Source: Candidatus Latescibacterota bacterium
Lineage (GTDB): Bacteria > Latescibacterota > CBDEFO01
NCBI GenBank assembly: GCA_965248755.1
Contig: OZ252149.1
Coordinates: 1,120,001 to 1,184,000, forward strand
Direction: 5' to 3'
DNA: 64,000 nucleotides
In this document: one piece after another, positions 41,004-51,727 of the stretch
Layout of the letters: each line of letters starts with the position of its first letter
How positions within the stretch are numbered: position 1 is the stretch's first letter
Program-made: the position numbers and the translations under genes
The notes under the pieces: model-generated
Databases searched by the model: none
The model's input: only the letters and a program-made list of their open reading frames with translations
What the model was told of the DNA's origin: nothing

Positions 41004-41019
41004 CGTGAACACTATCACA
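41004..41019. promoter_or_regulatory. CRP-family-like operator
   Basis: CGTGA-ACACTA-TCACA, 9/10 match to TGTGA-N6-TCACA. Confidence 0.4.
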
Positions 41020-41093
41020 ATTCTGAAAAGAAATTTTCAACCGTGCCTATAGTGAAGTGCCTTATGCGTTCCCTGTAGCAAATTCTTACCGTG

Positions 41094-41630
41094 TTAATCG
41101 TCTTCATCGTCGCCTCCCCAATCGTCCCATTCCTCATCCCAATCCTCCTCTTCCTCGAATCCCTCGATCCCAAATACGCTTAGAGTGTACGGATAGGTAG
41201 TCACTATCTGAACGATCATATCGAGTAAATAATCTTTGGAGTTCCCTCTTAGACCGTCCATAAGCTGATTGATATTGAAAAAGCTTTCCGGATCTTCAAT
41301 CCATGTTAGCCCCAAAGCCACAGCATGTTTACAGAAATCCATCTCAGCAGGACAGGTACACTGGGCGTTCAGATTGTCCTTTTCCACCTCAATTGACACC
41401 TGATAAATACCGTAGTTTCCAACAATCTCTGCTCCTAAGAGGTTCTCCCATACTATCCGCTTTCTAAGTTCAGCCGAAGACACGTACTCGTACGCCCCCT
41501 CAAAGGTCTTCCATTCACAGGAATCCCTGATATCGTCAACATCTATAGATGGGTAAACGTCCCTCGATTCTTTCATCTTTTGCGAACTCCTATTAAAAGA
41601 TTCGGGACTAAGACGGGGCATTCTCTTCAA
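41094..41630 (-). CDS. SWIM zinc-finger protein (start uncertain)
   Basis: CTCPAEMDFCKHAVA motif; acidic tail. Confidence 0.82.
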   Translation of the reverse strand: MKRMPRLSPESFNRSSQKMKESRDVYPSIDVDDIRDSCEWKTFEGAYEYVSSAELRKRIVWENLLGAEIVGNYGIYQVSIEVEKDNLNAQCTCPAEMDFCKHAVALGLTWIEDPESFFNINQLMDGLRGNSKDYLLDMIVQIVTTYPYTLSVFGIEGFEEEEDWDEEWDDWGGDDEDD

Positions 41631-41835
41631 ATTGCCCAGCCCAGTGAAAGTGGAGATCCTTTATAAAGCTGAAAAGCTTATCTCCTTTCTTAATTGAAAT
41701 ACTCGACAACTGTTAAGTTCCACCTTTCTTCCGGTATGATCACTGCGAGGCCTGCCTGACGCAAATATAGGATAAGAACGCCTTATCGCAAGACAAAAAT
41801 CTAATTGTGTTATTTTTTCATACAAATCGCAAAGT

Positions 41836-42840
41836 TCAACTCTTTAAGATCTTCAGCCGTCCAATCACTCCAAAATCAGTCCTGACATCCTCGATCTTCT
41901 CACCGATCTGAACAACTCTTTCTTCGTCTACATTTCCCAAAAACCTCTGGGCGAGATCCATATAGGCGATCCTTTCAGGATTAATATTCATGATCCTTGT
42001 GCAGGAAGCATCTACAGCGGCAAGGTCCGTCCCAAAAACTAAAACATTGCACTGTTTCGGAGTTCCATTTATGGGACCATCTCCTTCCATGCCCACGATT
42101 CCGTCGACAATGGCAAAAGATGGTCGCGACACTTTGACTATATCTATTATGCTTTTCTCAAGTCCGCGCCAGTGCAGGACGTTCTTGGGCCAACCGTACT
42201 TGACACCGGGCACGACGCCGAACATGTTCTTCATAGAGAGCGTGGTGCCTACCCAATGATGAGTCTTGATCTTGGGCATGGAGACGATGATGTCAGCTCT
42301 GGTTATTGTCTCAGGCAGCCAGATATGATTTTCATCTCTGTAGAAAGACCGAAGCCGGGTCTTTACAAGATTGTCCACGTTCAGGTCGATATATTCTGCA
42401 GACAGTTCCTTTAAGATAGAGACAAGTCCCGTTGAATAGACGAGGAACTCCGTGTCCCGTCTGTGTCCTGGTCCCTCAGCTACGACCACACGTTTTGCAT
42501 CCAGACGTTTAAAGGCCTCAAGCGCGGCCCCGATTACGGCAGGATGGGTATTTATGACCGTATCGGGGTCATATTCCACGATATTGGGTTTTAGGACGAC
42601 CGATTTGCCTTTCACGCTCAGATTGCAGGCTTTGATACCTTCAAGAACGATGCCCACAAGGTCCGATTCGTAACTGTTTGCCTTGAGGACAGCAACCTTA
42701 GAGGGTGGCCATCTATGAACAAGCGCTGTCTTTCTGCGATCCAGATCAGGCTCTTCTCCGTTGCAGGAGTAAAGTCCGAAGACCGTCGACGAGAGGGTAA
42801 GACAAGAAAGCGACTTTAAAAATTCTCGTCTAGTGTGCAT
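41836..42840 (-). CDS. DUF362-domain protein with Tat signal
   Basis: TRREFLK; VVLKPN, THPAV, MPKIKTH...TLSMKN.FG, IVDGIVGMEGDGP, D.AAVD. Confidence 0.88.
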   Translation of the reverse strand: MHTRREFLKSLSCLTLSSTVFGLYSCNGEEPDLDRRKTALVHRWPPSKVAVLKANSYESDLVGIVLEGIKACNLSVKGKSVVLKPNIVEYDPDTVINTHPAVIGAALEAFKRLDAKRVVVAEGPGHRRDTEFLVYSTGLVSILKELSAEYIDLNVDNLVKTRLRSFYRDENHIWLPETITRADIIVSMPKIKTHHWVGTTLSMKNMFGVVPGVKYGWPKNVLHWRGLEKSIIDIVKVSRPSFAIVDGIVGMEGDGPINGTPKQCNVLVFGTDLAAVDASCTRIMNINPERIAYMDLAQRFLGNVDEERVVQIGEKIEDVRTDFGVIGRLKILKS

Positions 42841-42956
42841 ATATCCTAAAATTCCTCTTTGAAAGACTAAACTATATATATATATGAGATCAAAATAACC
42901 CTACAACACAACTGAAAACGTTCGGAAAAAAGGCATTCAGTGAGATTGCTGCGCTG

Positions 42957-42978
42957 CCCCGATTGAATCTATCGGGGA
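42957..42978. repeat. Dispersed palindrome copy
   Basis: CCCCGATTGAATCTATCGGGGA preceded by GAGATTGCT as at 33670. Confidence 0.9.
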
Positions 42979-43063
42979 TAAGGGGGGAGGCAGTACCCCT
43001 ATCTGCCTATTTATAGTTCCTCCATTCCTGACCGTTAATTAGTGTAAATAAAGATATTACGGG

Positions 43064-43963
43064 TTACTTTCTAGTCAGCAACAGAAAATTTGGACCTTTA
43101 TCCACCTGAAGAGAAAAAGCGGCCAGAGCCGTCGTACATATACTCCCTAGGAAGCGTCCTTCGACATAAATTCTCTCCAGTTTTTCCTGAAGTTCGTCGT
43201 AGGGAACACCGAAGATGCGAAAGCAGAGGATAGCCCAGCCCAAAATTAGACCTGAGGATTGAGTTCGCAGTTCATTTTTGAGCCGCTCAAGGCTGAGCTC
43301 AACTTCTGGCAGTTCCCTTTTATCCTGAAGTGCTATCAAAGCTATAGCCGTAGGAGGGAGAAATGGATCTAATTCGGCGTCCATGACATTAGAGTTTCCG
43401 TAGTTCCACCCGCCTTTTGAGCACATTCTGTCTATGAGTAACTTTTCTGCCTCCCGGATGCGGTACTCTACGGCAACCGGGCTGTCCAAGTAGGGTCTCA
43501 TTTTCTTGAGAGCAATGAGGGCGTAGCTGGTCGGCTCAATCCAGCTGAAGGTACCTCTATACCAGGGCCATCCTCTCAGGCTCCCATCCAGCCTGGTCGG
43601 CCCCGGATCGCTTATCTGTTCACCGTAAACACCAAGAAGATAGTCTGCACCGCGCTTACAGGAGTTCTGGTATTTGTTGAATGAATTCAAGGACAAAAGG
43701 GCCAGAGGGGTGGTCCAGGAAGGCTCTTTGTCCCCGAGCGAAGTAGGCCAGCTCCCATCCTCGTTCTGCGAATCCAAAAGCCACTCAATCCCTCGTAGTG
43801 CAGCTTCTTCGTACTGACGATCTCTCAGAAAGCGGATCGCCATCAGTGACAGCACAGTGGGCTCAGTCGAACTTATCTTGCCCGGAAAATATCCCCATCC
43901 GCCGTCGGAGTTCTGATTTTCGATGAGGTTTTGCCACATACCGTTGAGATTATCTTCTGACAT
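43064..43963 (-). CDS. Prenyltransferase/squalene oxidase (QW) repeat protein
   Basis: QNSDGGWGY, WLLDSQNEDGSW, EPTSYALIAL, GGWNYGN. Confidence 0.82.
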   Translation of the reverse strand: MSEDNLNGMWQNLIENQNSDGGWGYFPGKISSTEPTVLSLMAIRFLRDRQYEEAALRGIEWLLDSQNEDGSWPTSLGDKEPSWTTPLALLSLNSFNKYQNSCKRGADYLLGVYGEQISDPGPTRLDGSLRGWPWYRGTFSWIEPTSYALIALKKMRPYLDSPVAVEYRIREAEKLLIDRMCSKGGWNYGNSNVMDAELDPFLPPTAIALIALQDKRELPEVELSLERLKNELRTQSSGLILGWAILCFRIFGVPYDELQEKLERIYVEGRFLGSICTTALAAFSLQVDKGPNFLLLTRK

Positions 43964-44259
43964 GCCAGCAAAGTGCTACAGGTGTGACGCAGTGTGCCAC
44001 AGTGCTGATCTAGTGCTTGTTTTTTCAGAAATGTGGCTTCGGCGCCGATGACAATGGGGATATACCCTATTGCCTTCAGGTTAGGGGAGAGCCTCTCGCT
44101 CTCGTACCACCTCGATCATCCCCTATAACCCACATAGGGCGCTTCACTTGAAGTCACAGAGTTCCCTCTCAATAGACAGCTTCCTGCGAAAGGGGACTTC
44201 TATGATCCAAAGGAGAAAACAGCCCATATTTACAAGTATGCTCACCCTTCAAAAAACAA

Positions 44260-44288
44260 TAATACAAGATTTCATGTCGAAAGTCAAG
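44260..44288 (-). promoter_or_regulatory. sigma70-type promoter ~290 bp upstream of the QW-repeat gene
   Basis: TTGACT-17 bp-TATTAT on minus strand. Confidence 0.5.
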
Positions 44289-44302
44289 TCAGAACGATAG
44301 AC

Positions 44303-45479
44303 TGCCAGAAGAGTAAAGACATATGGTATCCACCCTCACGGGATAATTTTGCCTATATTTAGGTGAAGACTGAAAAAAGGAGGGTAGATACCATGGAGAA
44401 TGCTATCACTTATAGTGATGTTCTTGTTCTTAATCGTAATCCTGTTGATCTTCGTATCAAGATGGTTCAGACTGCTCAGCTATACGGTGTCTCGTATGCT
44501 GCAAGGGCTTTTAATACAACACGCAAGAGTATAAGAAAATGGCTGAAACGTTATCTTGAAAACCGATCGGTAAAGAGTCTTGAAAATCACACCAAAGCAC
44601 CCATAAACCCTCACTGTTTGTTACCGGAGGAGATCAGAAAGCTGATTGTAAAGTTCCGACAGGCCCATCCTTCTTTGGGATATCCCTATCTATTGGGCTT
44701 TCTGCAAAAACAGAATGTTCCAATTGATCAAATCCCCTCCAAGCCGACTGCCTATGCTATCTGAAAAAAACACAATCTCATAAAGAAACACATGCGAAAA
44801 TGGAAGAGAAAGGCACTTGTCTGCCAGTGGAAAAAGAAACTACGCCCTTTTGAATATATCCAGATCGATGTCAAACATCTGTGCGATATCCCCAACTACC
44901 TGAAACAACATTACAAGACAGGTGGCCAACTCTCTATGTTTGAGTATACTGCCAGAGATATCAAGACAGGCGGTCTTTTTGTAAGCCTGGCAGACGAACA
45001 GAGCCTGATCAACTCCTGCATCTTCGCCGAAGCATTACTCCAACACCTGGAAGACCACAAGGTCTATCCACGAAAGATCCAGACCGACAACGGCAGCGAA
45101 TTCGTCAATACCAAAGGATGCCCTCAAAAAGACCCTCTTTACCGACCTCATCCAACAAAGAGGCATAGAACATAAACGCATCCCACCAGGGGCTACTACA
45201 TACCAATCCGATGTAGAACGCGCCCACGGCCTAATCGAATACGAATTCTACGAGACCGTCAAGATTACCAACCTTTACCTAAAGCTCCAAACCTATCAAT
45301 CATTCTTTAATACCCAAAGACATAATAGACATAAAGACTTAAAACCCCTTTACAAATAGCCATCCAATACAAACCCACAGAAAACCTCAATCCTCAACTT
45401 TTTAACTACCCAATCTTCATTCTCGACTCTCTTCTGTCTAACTTTATCAAAGATCGGTACCATGTGCCTTTATCCGACA
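44303..45479 (+). mobile_element. Decayed IS481-like element
   Basis: Imperfect ends TGCCAGA..TAAAGACATATGGTA / TGTCGGATAAAGGCACATGGTA; HTH + IQIDVK, IQTDNGSEF, DVERAHG; in-frame stop 44762-44764 and frameshift near 45110. Confidence 0.8.
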
Positions 45480-45538
45480 AAATTTAAAGTCCATTCATTA
45501 TTCCAGAAAATTTTCCAAAAAAAATTTGGCTAAGAGGC

Positions 45539-45567
45539 TTGACAAGAGATATAGTAGTTGTTATCTT
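45539..45567 (+). promoter_or_regulatory. sigma70-type promoter of respiratory cluster
   Basis: TTGACA-17 bp-TATCTT, 65 bp before cytochrome b start. Confidence 0.6.
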
Positions 45568-45631
45568 TTATTGCTCTGAATTTAGACGCTAAAGGGAACT
45601 TTGAGTATCTTTGCACAATCATAAGGAGGAA

Positions 45632-46399
45632 ATGTTGAACGTCAAACAGCTTAAAGACAAAATAACCAAGTCGCAGATTTGGACATCAGTGTTCAGACAC
45701 GACTATAAGGATACACCTCGCAACAGGTTGCTGCAGATACTGGACAACGTCTTTCTTCACCTGCATCCCATCAAGCTCCCCAGACACGCTCTCAGGATAA
45801 GATTCACCTGGTGCATGGGCGGAATAACGTTTTTGATGTTCCTTGTGACCGTGGTCACAGGTATCTTTTTGATGTTCTACTACCGGCCGACCGCTGACGC
45901 CTACTCCGACATGAAATACCTCCAGTTCGACGTTCCGTTCGGAATGATGCTGAGAAATATGCACCGCTGGGCAGCTCATGGGATGGTGATCGCCGTCTGG
46001 CTTCACATGTTCAGGGTCTTTCTGACGGGGTCTTACAAACCCCCGCGGGAGTTCAACTGGGCAGTGGGCGTCATTCTTCTGGTGCTCACGCTCCTTTTGA
46101 GCTTCACCGGTTATCTTCTGCCGTGGGATCAGCTTTCAATATGGGCTGTGACAGTCGGGACGAACATGGCGCGAGCGACTCCTCTTCTGGGGCACGAAGG
46201 CCCGTTCTCCGAGTATCTGGGAATGAAACCAGACAACGACGTGAGATTCGTCCTTCTGGGTGGGACTGAGGTCGGGCCCCCTACCCTCTTGAGGTTCTAT
46301 GTTCTCCACTGCATATTTATCCCCCTTGTGGCGAGCATACTTATGGCTGTCCACTTCTGGAGGATAAGGAAGGACGGGGGAATCTCGAGTCCCATTTAG
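45632..46399 (+). CDS. Cytochrome b6-type N-terminal subunit of a quinol:cytochrome c oxidoreductase
   Basis: WCMGGITF (heme ci Cys position), [48 protein letters not shown]. Confidence 0.92.
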   Translation: MLNVKQLKDKITKSQIWTSVFRHDYKDTPRNRLLQILDNVFLHLHPIKLPRHALRIRFTWCMGGITFLMFLVTVVTGIFLMFYYRPTADAYSDMKYLQFDVPFGMMLRNMHRWAAHGMVIAVWLHMFRVFLTGSYKPPREFNWAVGVILLVLTLLLSFTGYLLPWDQLSIWAVTVGTNMARATPLLGHEGPFSEYLGMKPDNDVRFVLLGGTEVGPPTLLRFYVLHCIFIPLVASILMAVHFWRIRKDGGISSPI

Positions 46400-46454
46400 A
46401 AAAGCAAAGGCACCGAACCACTCCACATCCCATGAGTTTTCGGGCAGTAATAAT

Positions 46455-47333
46455 ATGGAAAACCTCATAAAAATATTGAGCAAATCACCGGATAATATAC
46501 CCATCGCCGGGATGTTGCTATTAATCTTTTTTTGCCTCTATATAGCCATGAAGCAGGCGGTAAAAAATGACAGGCGGAAGGCACAGGGAAAGAAGTCCGC
46601 CGAGGAGGTGGAGAACGACAAGGTGTTGGTGTGGCCCTATCTGACGAGATCGGAGTTTCTGTGCCTTTTGATGATTATGATAGTCCTTACAGTGTGGTCA
46701 ATTGGGATAGACGCTCCCTTAGAGGAAATAGCTAATCCTTCCAAGACTCCCAATCCGTCCAAGGCTCCATGGTACTTTTTGGGGCTTCAGGAGATGCTCG
46801 TCTATTTCGATCCATGGATAGCCGGAGTCGTACTTCCGACTCTGATCGTTATAGGGTTGATGGCTATTCCTTATATAGATACGAACAAGTTGGGACGGGG
46901 ATACTATACGTTCAAAGAGAGAAAGTTCGCCATAACCATGTTCTGTTTTGGCTTTATAGTCCTATGGGTGTTCCTCATAATAATGGGGACGTTTCTGAGG
47001 GGACCTGGATGGAACTTTTTCTTTCCCTGGGAAAGATGGGATCCCCACAAAGTGGTAGCCCTGACAAACGTGAACCTGACTTACGCCCTGGGTATAAGGG
47101 ACAACTTTATTGCCTCTATTTTCGGTGCCATAGTTGTAGGAGGTTATTACTTTTTTGGGGTCGTCTATTACTTTGTCAGAAAAAATAAAAGCGCATACCT
47201 CAAGAACTATCCGATCAAGTACGCGGTGACCGCCTTTTTGTTCCTGAGTATGATGGCGTTGCCTATAAAGATGTTCCTGAGAATAGCCTTCAATATAAAA
47301 TATATATGGGTGACTCCATGGTTTAACATATAG
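46455..47333 (+). CDS. Cytochrome b C-terminal / subunit IV-like membrane protein
   Basis: APLEEIANPSKTPNPSKAPWYFLGLQE (PEWY-like), IPYID, GTFLRGPGW. Confidence 0.82.
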   Translation: MENLIKILSKSPDNIPIAGMLLLIFFCLYIAMKQAVKNDRRKAQGKKSAEEVENDKVLVWPYLTRSEFLCLLMIMIVLTVWSIGIDAPLEEIANPSKTPNPSKAPWYFLGLQEMLVYFDPWIAGVVLPTLIVIGLMAIPYIDTNKLGRGYYTFKERKFAITMFCFGFIVLWVFLIIMGTFLRGPGWNFFFPWERWDPHKVVALTNVNLTYALGIRDNFIASIFGAIVVGGYYFFGVVYYFVRKNKSAYLKNYPIKYAVTAFLFLSMMALPIKMFLRIAFNIKYIWVTPWFNI

Positions 47334-47935
47334 CGACCTGTCATCTCTCCTGCTCTTATCCTCTTATCAGGGCAAGAAGGGTTCAGGGCTATCAGTGATT
47401 CCAAAGGCAAAATCGTGGATATATCAACAACAGCACCCTTATCAAATCACATATGGAAATACCGAAACGCCTCATATATATACCTCTTCTTAATTCTCCC
47501 CGTTCATGTCTTTGCTTCTTGTCACCTCACAGAATATAGAACCGCCCCTTACGACTACGCATTCAAGTGGTTAGTCATATTGAATATCTTGGGCGTCGCC
47601 GTGGGTTTTGCGTTATCTTATTTGCTCTACAAAGGCAAGTGGTACGTCGCTCCATCCACAGCCACCACCTACGCCGTAAGATTACAGACTGAGATCGAAA
47701 ATGTAGAGTGAAGGCATCTTCCGACAGACGTGAACTTGGTCCGCCGCCTGAGTGCAGCGGTCACTTTAGCGGTCTTGGGTACGATGGTGGGCGCCTGTTG
47801 GCTCGACGTCTGGGTGTCTAACATGGGTACTTCAGGAAAGATAACGGGGAAGATACAAGCCAGAGTGTCTCAGGGGAACATAGCGTGTAAAAACTGTCCT
47901 TTTAACGGGTTATCCACTCTTTAGAAAGGTACAGC

Positions 47936-50602
47936 ATGGCATTAGATCAAGAAAACCAGGAAAATAAGAAAGAAGAAGAAACACAGGAGGAAGAGTCTAA
48001 CATACTCAAGGTGGAGGAGAAGTCCTATAGTGTCGTCTTTCTTGTGACCATCATGGTGATGCTCTTAGTGACGGTCTGGACTATATACGACGAGGCGATA
48101 ACCAGACGACCCTGGAAAAAGGTTCAGGAGGAGTTCTTCAAATACGAGTACGAAGTGACCAAGGCTGAGTATGAAGAGGCACTGAAGGCTATGCCCGAGG
48201 AGGAGAGGGAACTGACGGCGAAGTTGGAGGAGGCAAAGAAGAATCTGGAAAAGAACGAAGAATATAAAAAAGCCGGCCAAGATCTGAGAGATAAAGAGAT
48301 CGCCCTTGAGGATGCAACCCAGAAGTATCAGTTTGCAAAGAGCGAATTAGACGCAGCCTTTTACCTCTATAAACACGCTCTGCATCGGGGATCGGATGCT
48401 TCCGGGGAGAAGGCGGAAGTGGATAAGCTGGAAAAGTTTGCCAATTCGTTCCTCCCGAAAATAGACGAGGCTCAAGAAAACAGGGACGAGGCACAGGCAA
48501 AGGTCGATGAGGTTGAAAAGGAGATTGTGGAACTGACCAAAAAAATAGATGAACTGAAAGCAGATGCGAATAAATATAAGTTCAAATTGGAGGCCGTAGC
48601 GCGCAAGATCCCCAAGATAGAGCAGTTGGTGATTGAGGATATAGATATGGTGGACAGGTGCAGTTCCTGCCATCTTGGAATAGACGAACCGGAGTTTGCA
48701 GATGTCCAGAAGTTCCCTCAGCCTCATACTGCTCATCCGAATAGAGAATTTCTATTAGGCAATCATCCAATAGACAAATTTGGATGCGTATTGTGTCACG
48801 GAGGGCAGGGAAGAGCTATGACATACGAGGACGCCCTGTCAAGAGATAACGAGTACTGGAAAGACCCGGTAGCAGAAGGCTTCTTTATAGAGTCAAATTG
48901 CAAAAAGTGTCACTTCCAGGTGGTGGACCTTGAGGGTGCACCCCACTTTTCCAAGGGAAACAGACTGTTGAGAGAGTTGGGCTGTCACGGATGCCATAAG
49001 ATCGAGGGCTACGAGGATCTGGAGAAGGTCGGACCAGATCTAAGAAAGCTAAAGATGAAGACTGCAAATCCCGAATGGCTCATAAGATGGATAGAGAATC
49101 CTAAAAGTTATCTTCCGCATACAAAGATGCCGAACTTCAAGTTCTCAAGAGACGAAGCTGAGTCCGTAGCGGCGTATCTTTTGAATACATCTGAAGAGGC
49201 GGAGCTTGAAAAGGTCGAGTACTCAGAGAAAATGATAGATGACGGCAAGAAAATTGTGGAACAGGTGGGCTGTTACGGATGTCATTTTATTGGGGGAAGG
49301 CCGTCCGATCTTAAAAGGACATACTTAGACGGAGATTATGATTACGCTCCCGATCTGAGCAGAGTGGGTGACAAGGTCGATCCCGATTGGCTCTTTGCAT
49401 GGGTCAAGGACCCGTCCTCTTACAATTCCAGCACCAAGATGCCGAACCTCAGGCTGTCGGATGGGGAGGCTAAGGCTGCTACAGCATATCTTATGAGTAC
49501 AAAGAGCCAAGATTATGGAGACCACATCCTGGACTTGAACGATCCCCAAGTGATAGAAAAAGGGAGGATACTGATACAGAATTACGGCTGCTTTGGATGT
49601 CATAACATAAAAGGGTTTGAAAACGCCGGTAGAATAGGTGTGGAACTTACGGAGTTTAGCAACAAGGAAGCGGAGGAGTTGGACTTCGGAGACGTCACGG
49701 AAATAGACTTCACGTGGGAGGCGTGGACCAAAAACAAGCTCAAAAATCCGAGACTATTCGCCACCGAGAGGATTGTAGCCAGGATGCCTGACTTCGAACT
49801 TACCGACGATGAGGTAGAGGCCTTAACTGTCCTGCTGAAGAGCTTCAGAGGAGGCAACATGTCTCCAAATCACGCCAGGATGCTCACAAAGAAGGAACAG
49901 GAGATCGAAAAGGGAAGAAGGCTTGTCGAGAAGTACAATTGTGTGGGGTGTCACAAGATTGAGAATAGAGGCGGAGACATCGCACCTATTATCTCCGACT
50001 TTATGGTCGCCGAAGGTAAAAGCAGGGACGAGGCGGGCGCTTTGGTGCCTCCGAACTTAAACGGAGAAGGTGACAAGGTTCAAGCCGAGTGGCTCTTCAA
50101 CTTCCTCAAGAATCCGGTCCCTATAAGACCTTGGTTGAACGTCAAGATGCCCACGTTCAACCTTTCGAAGGATGAAGCGACTGACATCGCCAGGTATTTT
50201 GCGTCACTTGCGGATGTGGATTTCCCCTTCGAGTTTGTGGACCAAGGAGAGATATCAAAAGATCAGATCAAAGTCGGAAAAGAGATATTTACACTGTTGC
50301 AGTGCAAGTCCTGCCATCCGACAAAGGGACAGACACTCGATCTAGATGTGGGTAGTCTGGCGCCCGATCTAACGATGGCAAAAGACAGGCTCAGGCACGA
50401 CTGGATCGCAAGGTGGCTCAAAGACCCTCAAAGCATCCAAAAAGGCACGAAGATGCCCAATAACTGGATAGGTGTAGGAAGAGGCGAAAGGAGGAGATAT
50501 ATCCCCGCGGCTCCTTCAATGAGAAAGATCTATAAGGAGTACAAAAAAGAGCAGGTGGACATGCAGATAAACGCGCTCAGAGATTATCTGCTGACTCTGT
50601 AG
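47936..50602 (+). CDS. Membrane-anchored octaheme c-type cytochrome with coiled-coil stalk
   Basis: 8 CxxCH: CSSCH, CVLCH, CKKCH, CHGCH, CYGCH, CFGCH, CVGCH, CKSCH; repeated GPDL...W...P....TKMP.F; N-terminal TM. Confidence 0.93.
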   Translation: MALDQENQENKKEEETQEEESNILKVEEKSYSVVFLVTIMVMLLVTVWTIYDEAITRRPWKKVQEEFFKYEYEVTKAEYEEALKAMPEEERELTAKLEEAKKNLEKNEEYKKAGQDLRDKEIALEDATQKYQFAKSELDAAFYLYKHALHRGSDASGEKAEVDKLEKFANSFLPKIDEAQENRDEAQAKVDEVEKEIVELTKKIDELKADANKYKFKLEAVARKIPKIEQLVIEDIDMVDRCSSCHLGIDEPEFADVQKFPQPHTAHPNREFLLGNHPIDKFGCVLCHGGQGRAMTYEDALSRDNEYWKDPVAEGFFIESNCKKCHFQVVDLEGAPHFSKGNRLLRELGCHGCHKIEGYEDLEKVGPDLRKLKMKTANPEWLIRWIENPKSYLPHTKMPNFKFSRDEAESVAAYLLNTSEEAELEKVEYSEKMIDDGKKIVEQVGCYGCHFIGGRPSDLKRTYLDGDYDYAPDLSRVGDKVDPDWLFAWVKDPSSYNSSTKMPNLRLSDGEAKAATAYLMSTKSQDYGDHILDLNDPQVIEKGRILIQNYGCFGCHNIKGFENAGRIGVELTEFSNKEAEELDFGDVTEIDFTWEAWTKNKLKNPRLFATERIVARMPDFELTDDEVEALTVLLKSFRGGNMSPNHARMLTKKEQEIEKGRRLVEKYNCVGCHKIENRGGDIAPIISDFMVAEGKSRDEAGALVPPNLNGEGDKVQAEWLFNFLKNPVPIRPWLNVKMPTFNLSKDEATDIARYFASLADVDFPFEFVDQGEISKDQIKVGKEIFTLLQCKSCHPTKGQTLDLDVGSLAPDLTMAKDRLRHDWIARWLKDPQSIQKGTKMPNNWIGVGRGERRRYIPAAPSMRKIYKEYKKEQVDMQINALRDYLLTL

Positions 50603-50881
50603 TTTAGAACAATTGGGCAAACACGTGGGTTCGCCCTCCTTACATTTATCGTTAGAGGCTATGCGCGTCTGTCTGGCCTGAAAAATCCTGTAAGAAAATC
50701 CAGTAATAACAAAGGAGCCAAAAACTGCCCTGTAAAATAGCGATTTTGTGGTGGTGACTTCTCCACTAGCGTCCCTCACCCGACCGCGCTACGCTGTCGC
50801 TCCTTTCTGTTGCTCCGATCGACCAGCAGCGGGAAAATATTGAACGACATCGCAAAAATCATTCATCAACGGAGATGTAAA

Positions 50882-51577
50882 ATGAAAACATTATTAATCA
50901 TTGTTTCTGTTCTGTTGACTTTCAACTCTGCCTGGGCTGGTACGATTGTGGGAAGCGTCACGTTCAGCGGCGAACTTCCGAAAGCCCAGACGGTAAAGGC
51001 TGACAAGGATCAGTTCTGCATGGATCATTTCGGCACGCAGGCATCAGAGAATCTTCTGGTAGACAAGGAGTGCAAGGGTATAAAGAACATAGTGATCTAT
51101 GTGGAAGGCGTCGAAGGCGCGTTCGAGCCCCCCGAGGACGAAGAAGGGCCCACGCTCGATCAGAGAAACTGTCAGTATCATCCTCACGTGCTTCCTGTAC
51201 TGGCAGGGACAATAGTCAATATACATACGAGTGACCCTGTTAACCACAATGTCCGCGCGAACGCCGAAGAGAACGAGGCCATAAACTGGGCGATGCCCGA
51301 AAAGGACATGTCTTTACCCTATGAGGTTTACGAGCCTGAGACGATCAAGCTTGCGTGTGACATCCACAAGTGGATGAACGCCTACATTGTAGTCCTTGAG
51401 AACCCCTATTTTGCCATATCAAATGATAAAGGGGCGTTCAAGATAGCCGACGTTCCAGAAGGGAGCTATAAGCTCACAGCCTGGCACGAAGAGCTGGGTA
51501 CAATATCCAAGGATGCGACCGTCCCTGCGACGGGCGAGGTAAAAATGGACTTCAGCTTTTCTCCCAAGAAGAAGTAG
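50882..51577 (+). CDS. Secreted cupredoxin-like / carboxypeptidase-regulatory-like domain protein
   Basis: Signal peptide; LDQRNCQYHPHV, HNV, CDIHKWM, G.YKLTAWHE. Confidence 0.75.
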   Translation: MKTLLIIVSVLLTFNSAWAGTIVGSVTFSGELPKAQTVKADKDQFCMDHFGTQASENLLVDKECKGIKNIVIYVEGVEGAFEPPEDEEGPTLDQRNCQYHPHVLPVLAGTIVNIHTSDPVNHNVRANAEENEAINWAMPEKDMSLPYEVYEPETIKLACDIHKWMNAYIVVLENPYFAISNDKGAFKIADVPEGSYKLTAWHEELGTISKDATVPATGEVKMDFSFSPKKK

Positions 51578-51727
51578 AAAAACGAGGAACGCGACTTTGT
51601 ATTCCCGTCACTGAAAGGCACAAGCTTCATAGTTTTCTCAGGGGGAAGTAACTTTGCTCGTACATCTTCAGCCTCCACACTATTTGTATCCCTGTCAACT
51701 CAAAAAGTAAGCCGAGGATATGCACAG

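Noticed and set aside
44085..44115. T-box antiterminator (GGTGGTAC on minus strand)
   Set aside because: Flanking A1 helix pairs poorly, no specifier stem recognised, and the downstream gene is not amino-acid related.
47415..47924. Two short ORFs between subunit IV and the octaheme cytochrome
   Set aside because: No RBS or recognisable motif, and no Rieske ligands; may be inserted or decayed DNA.
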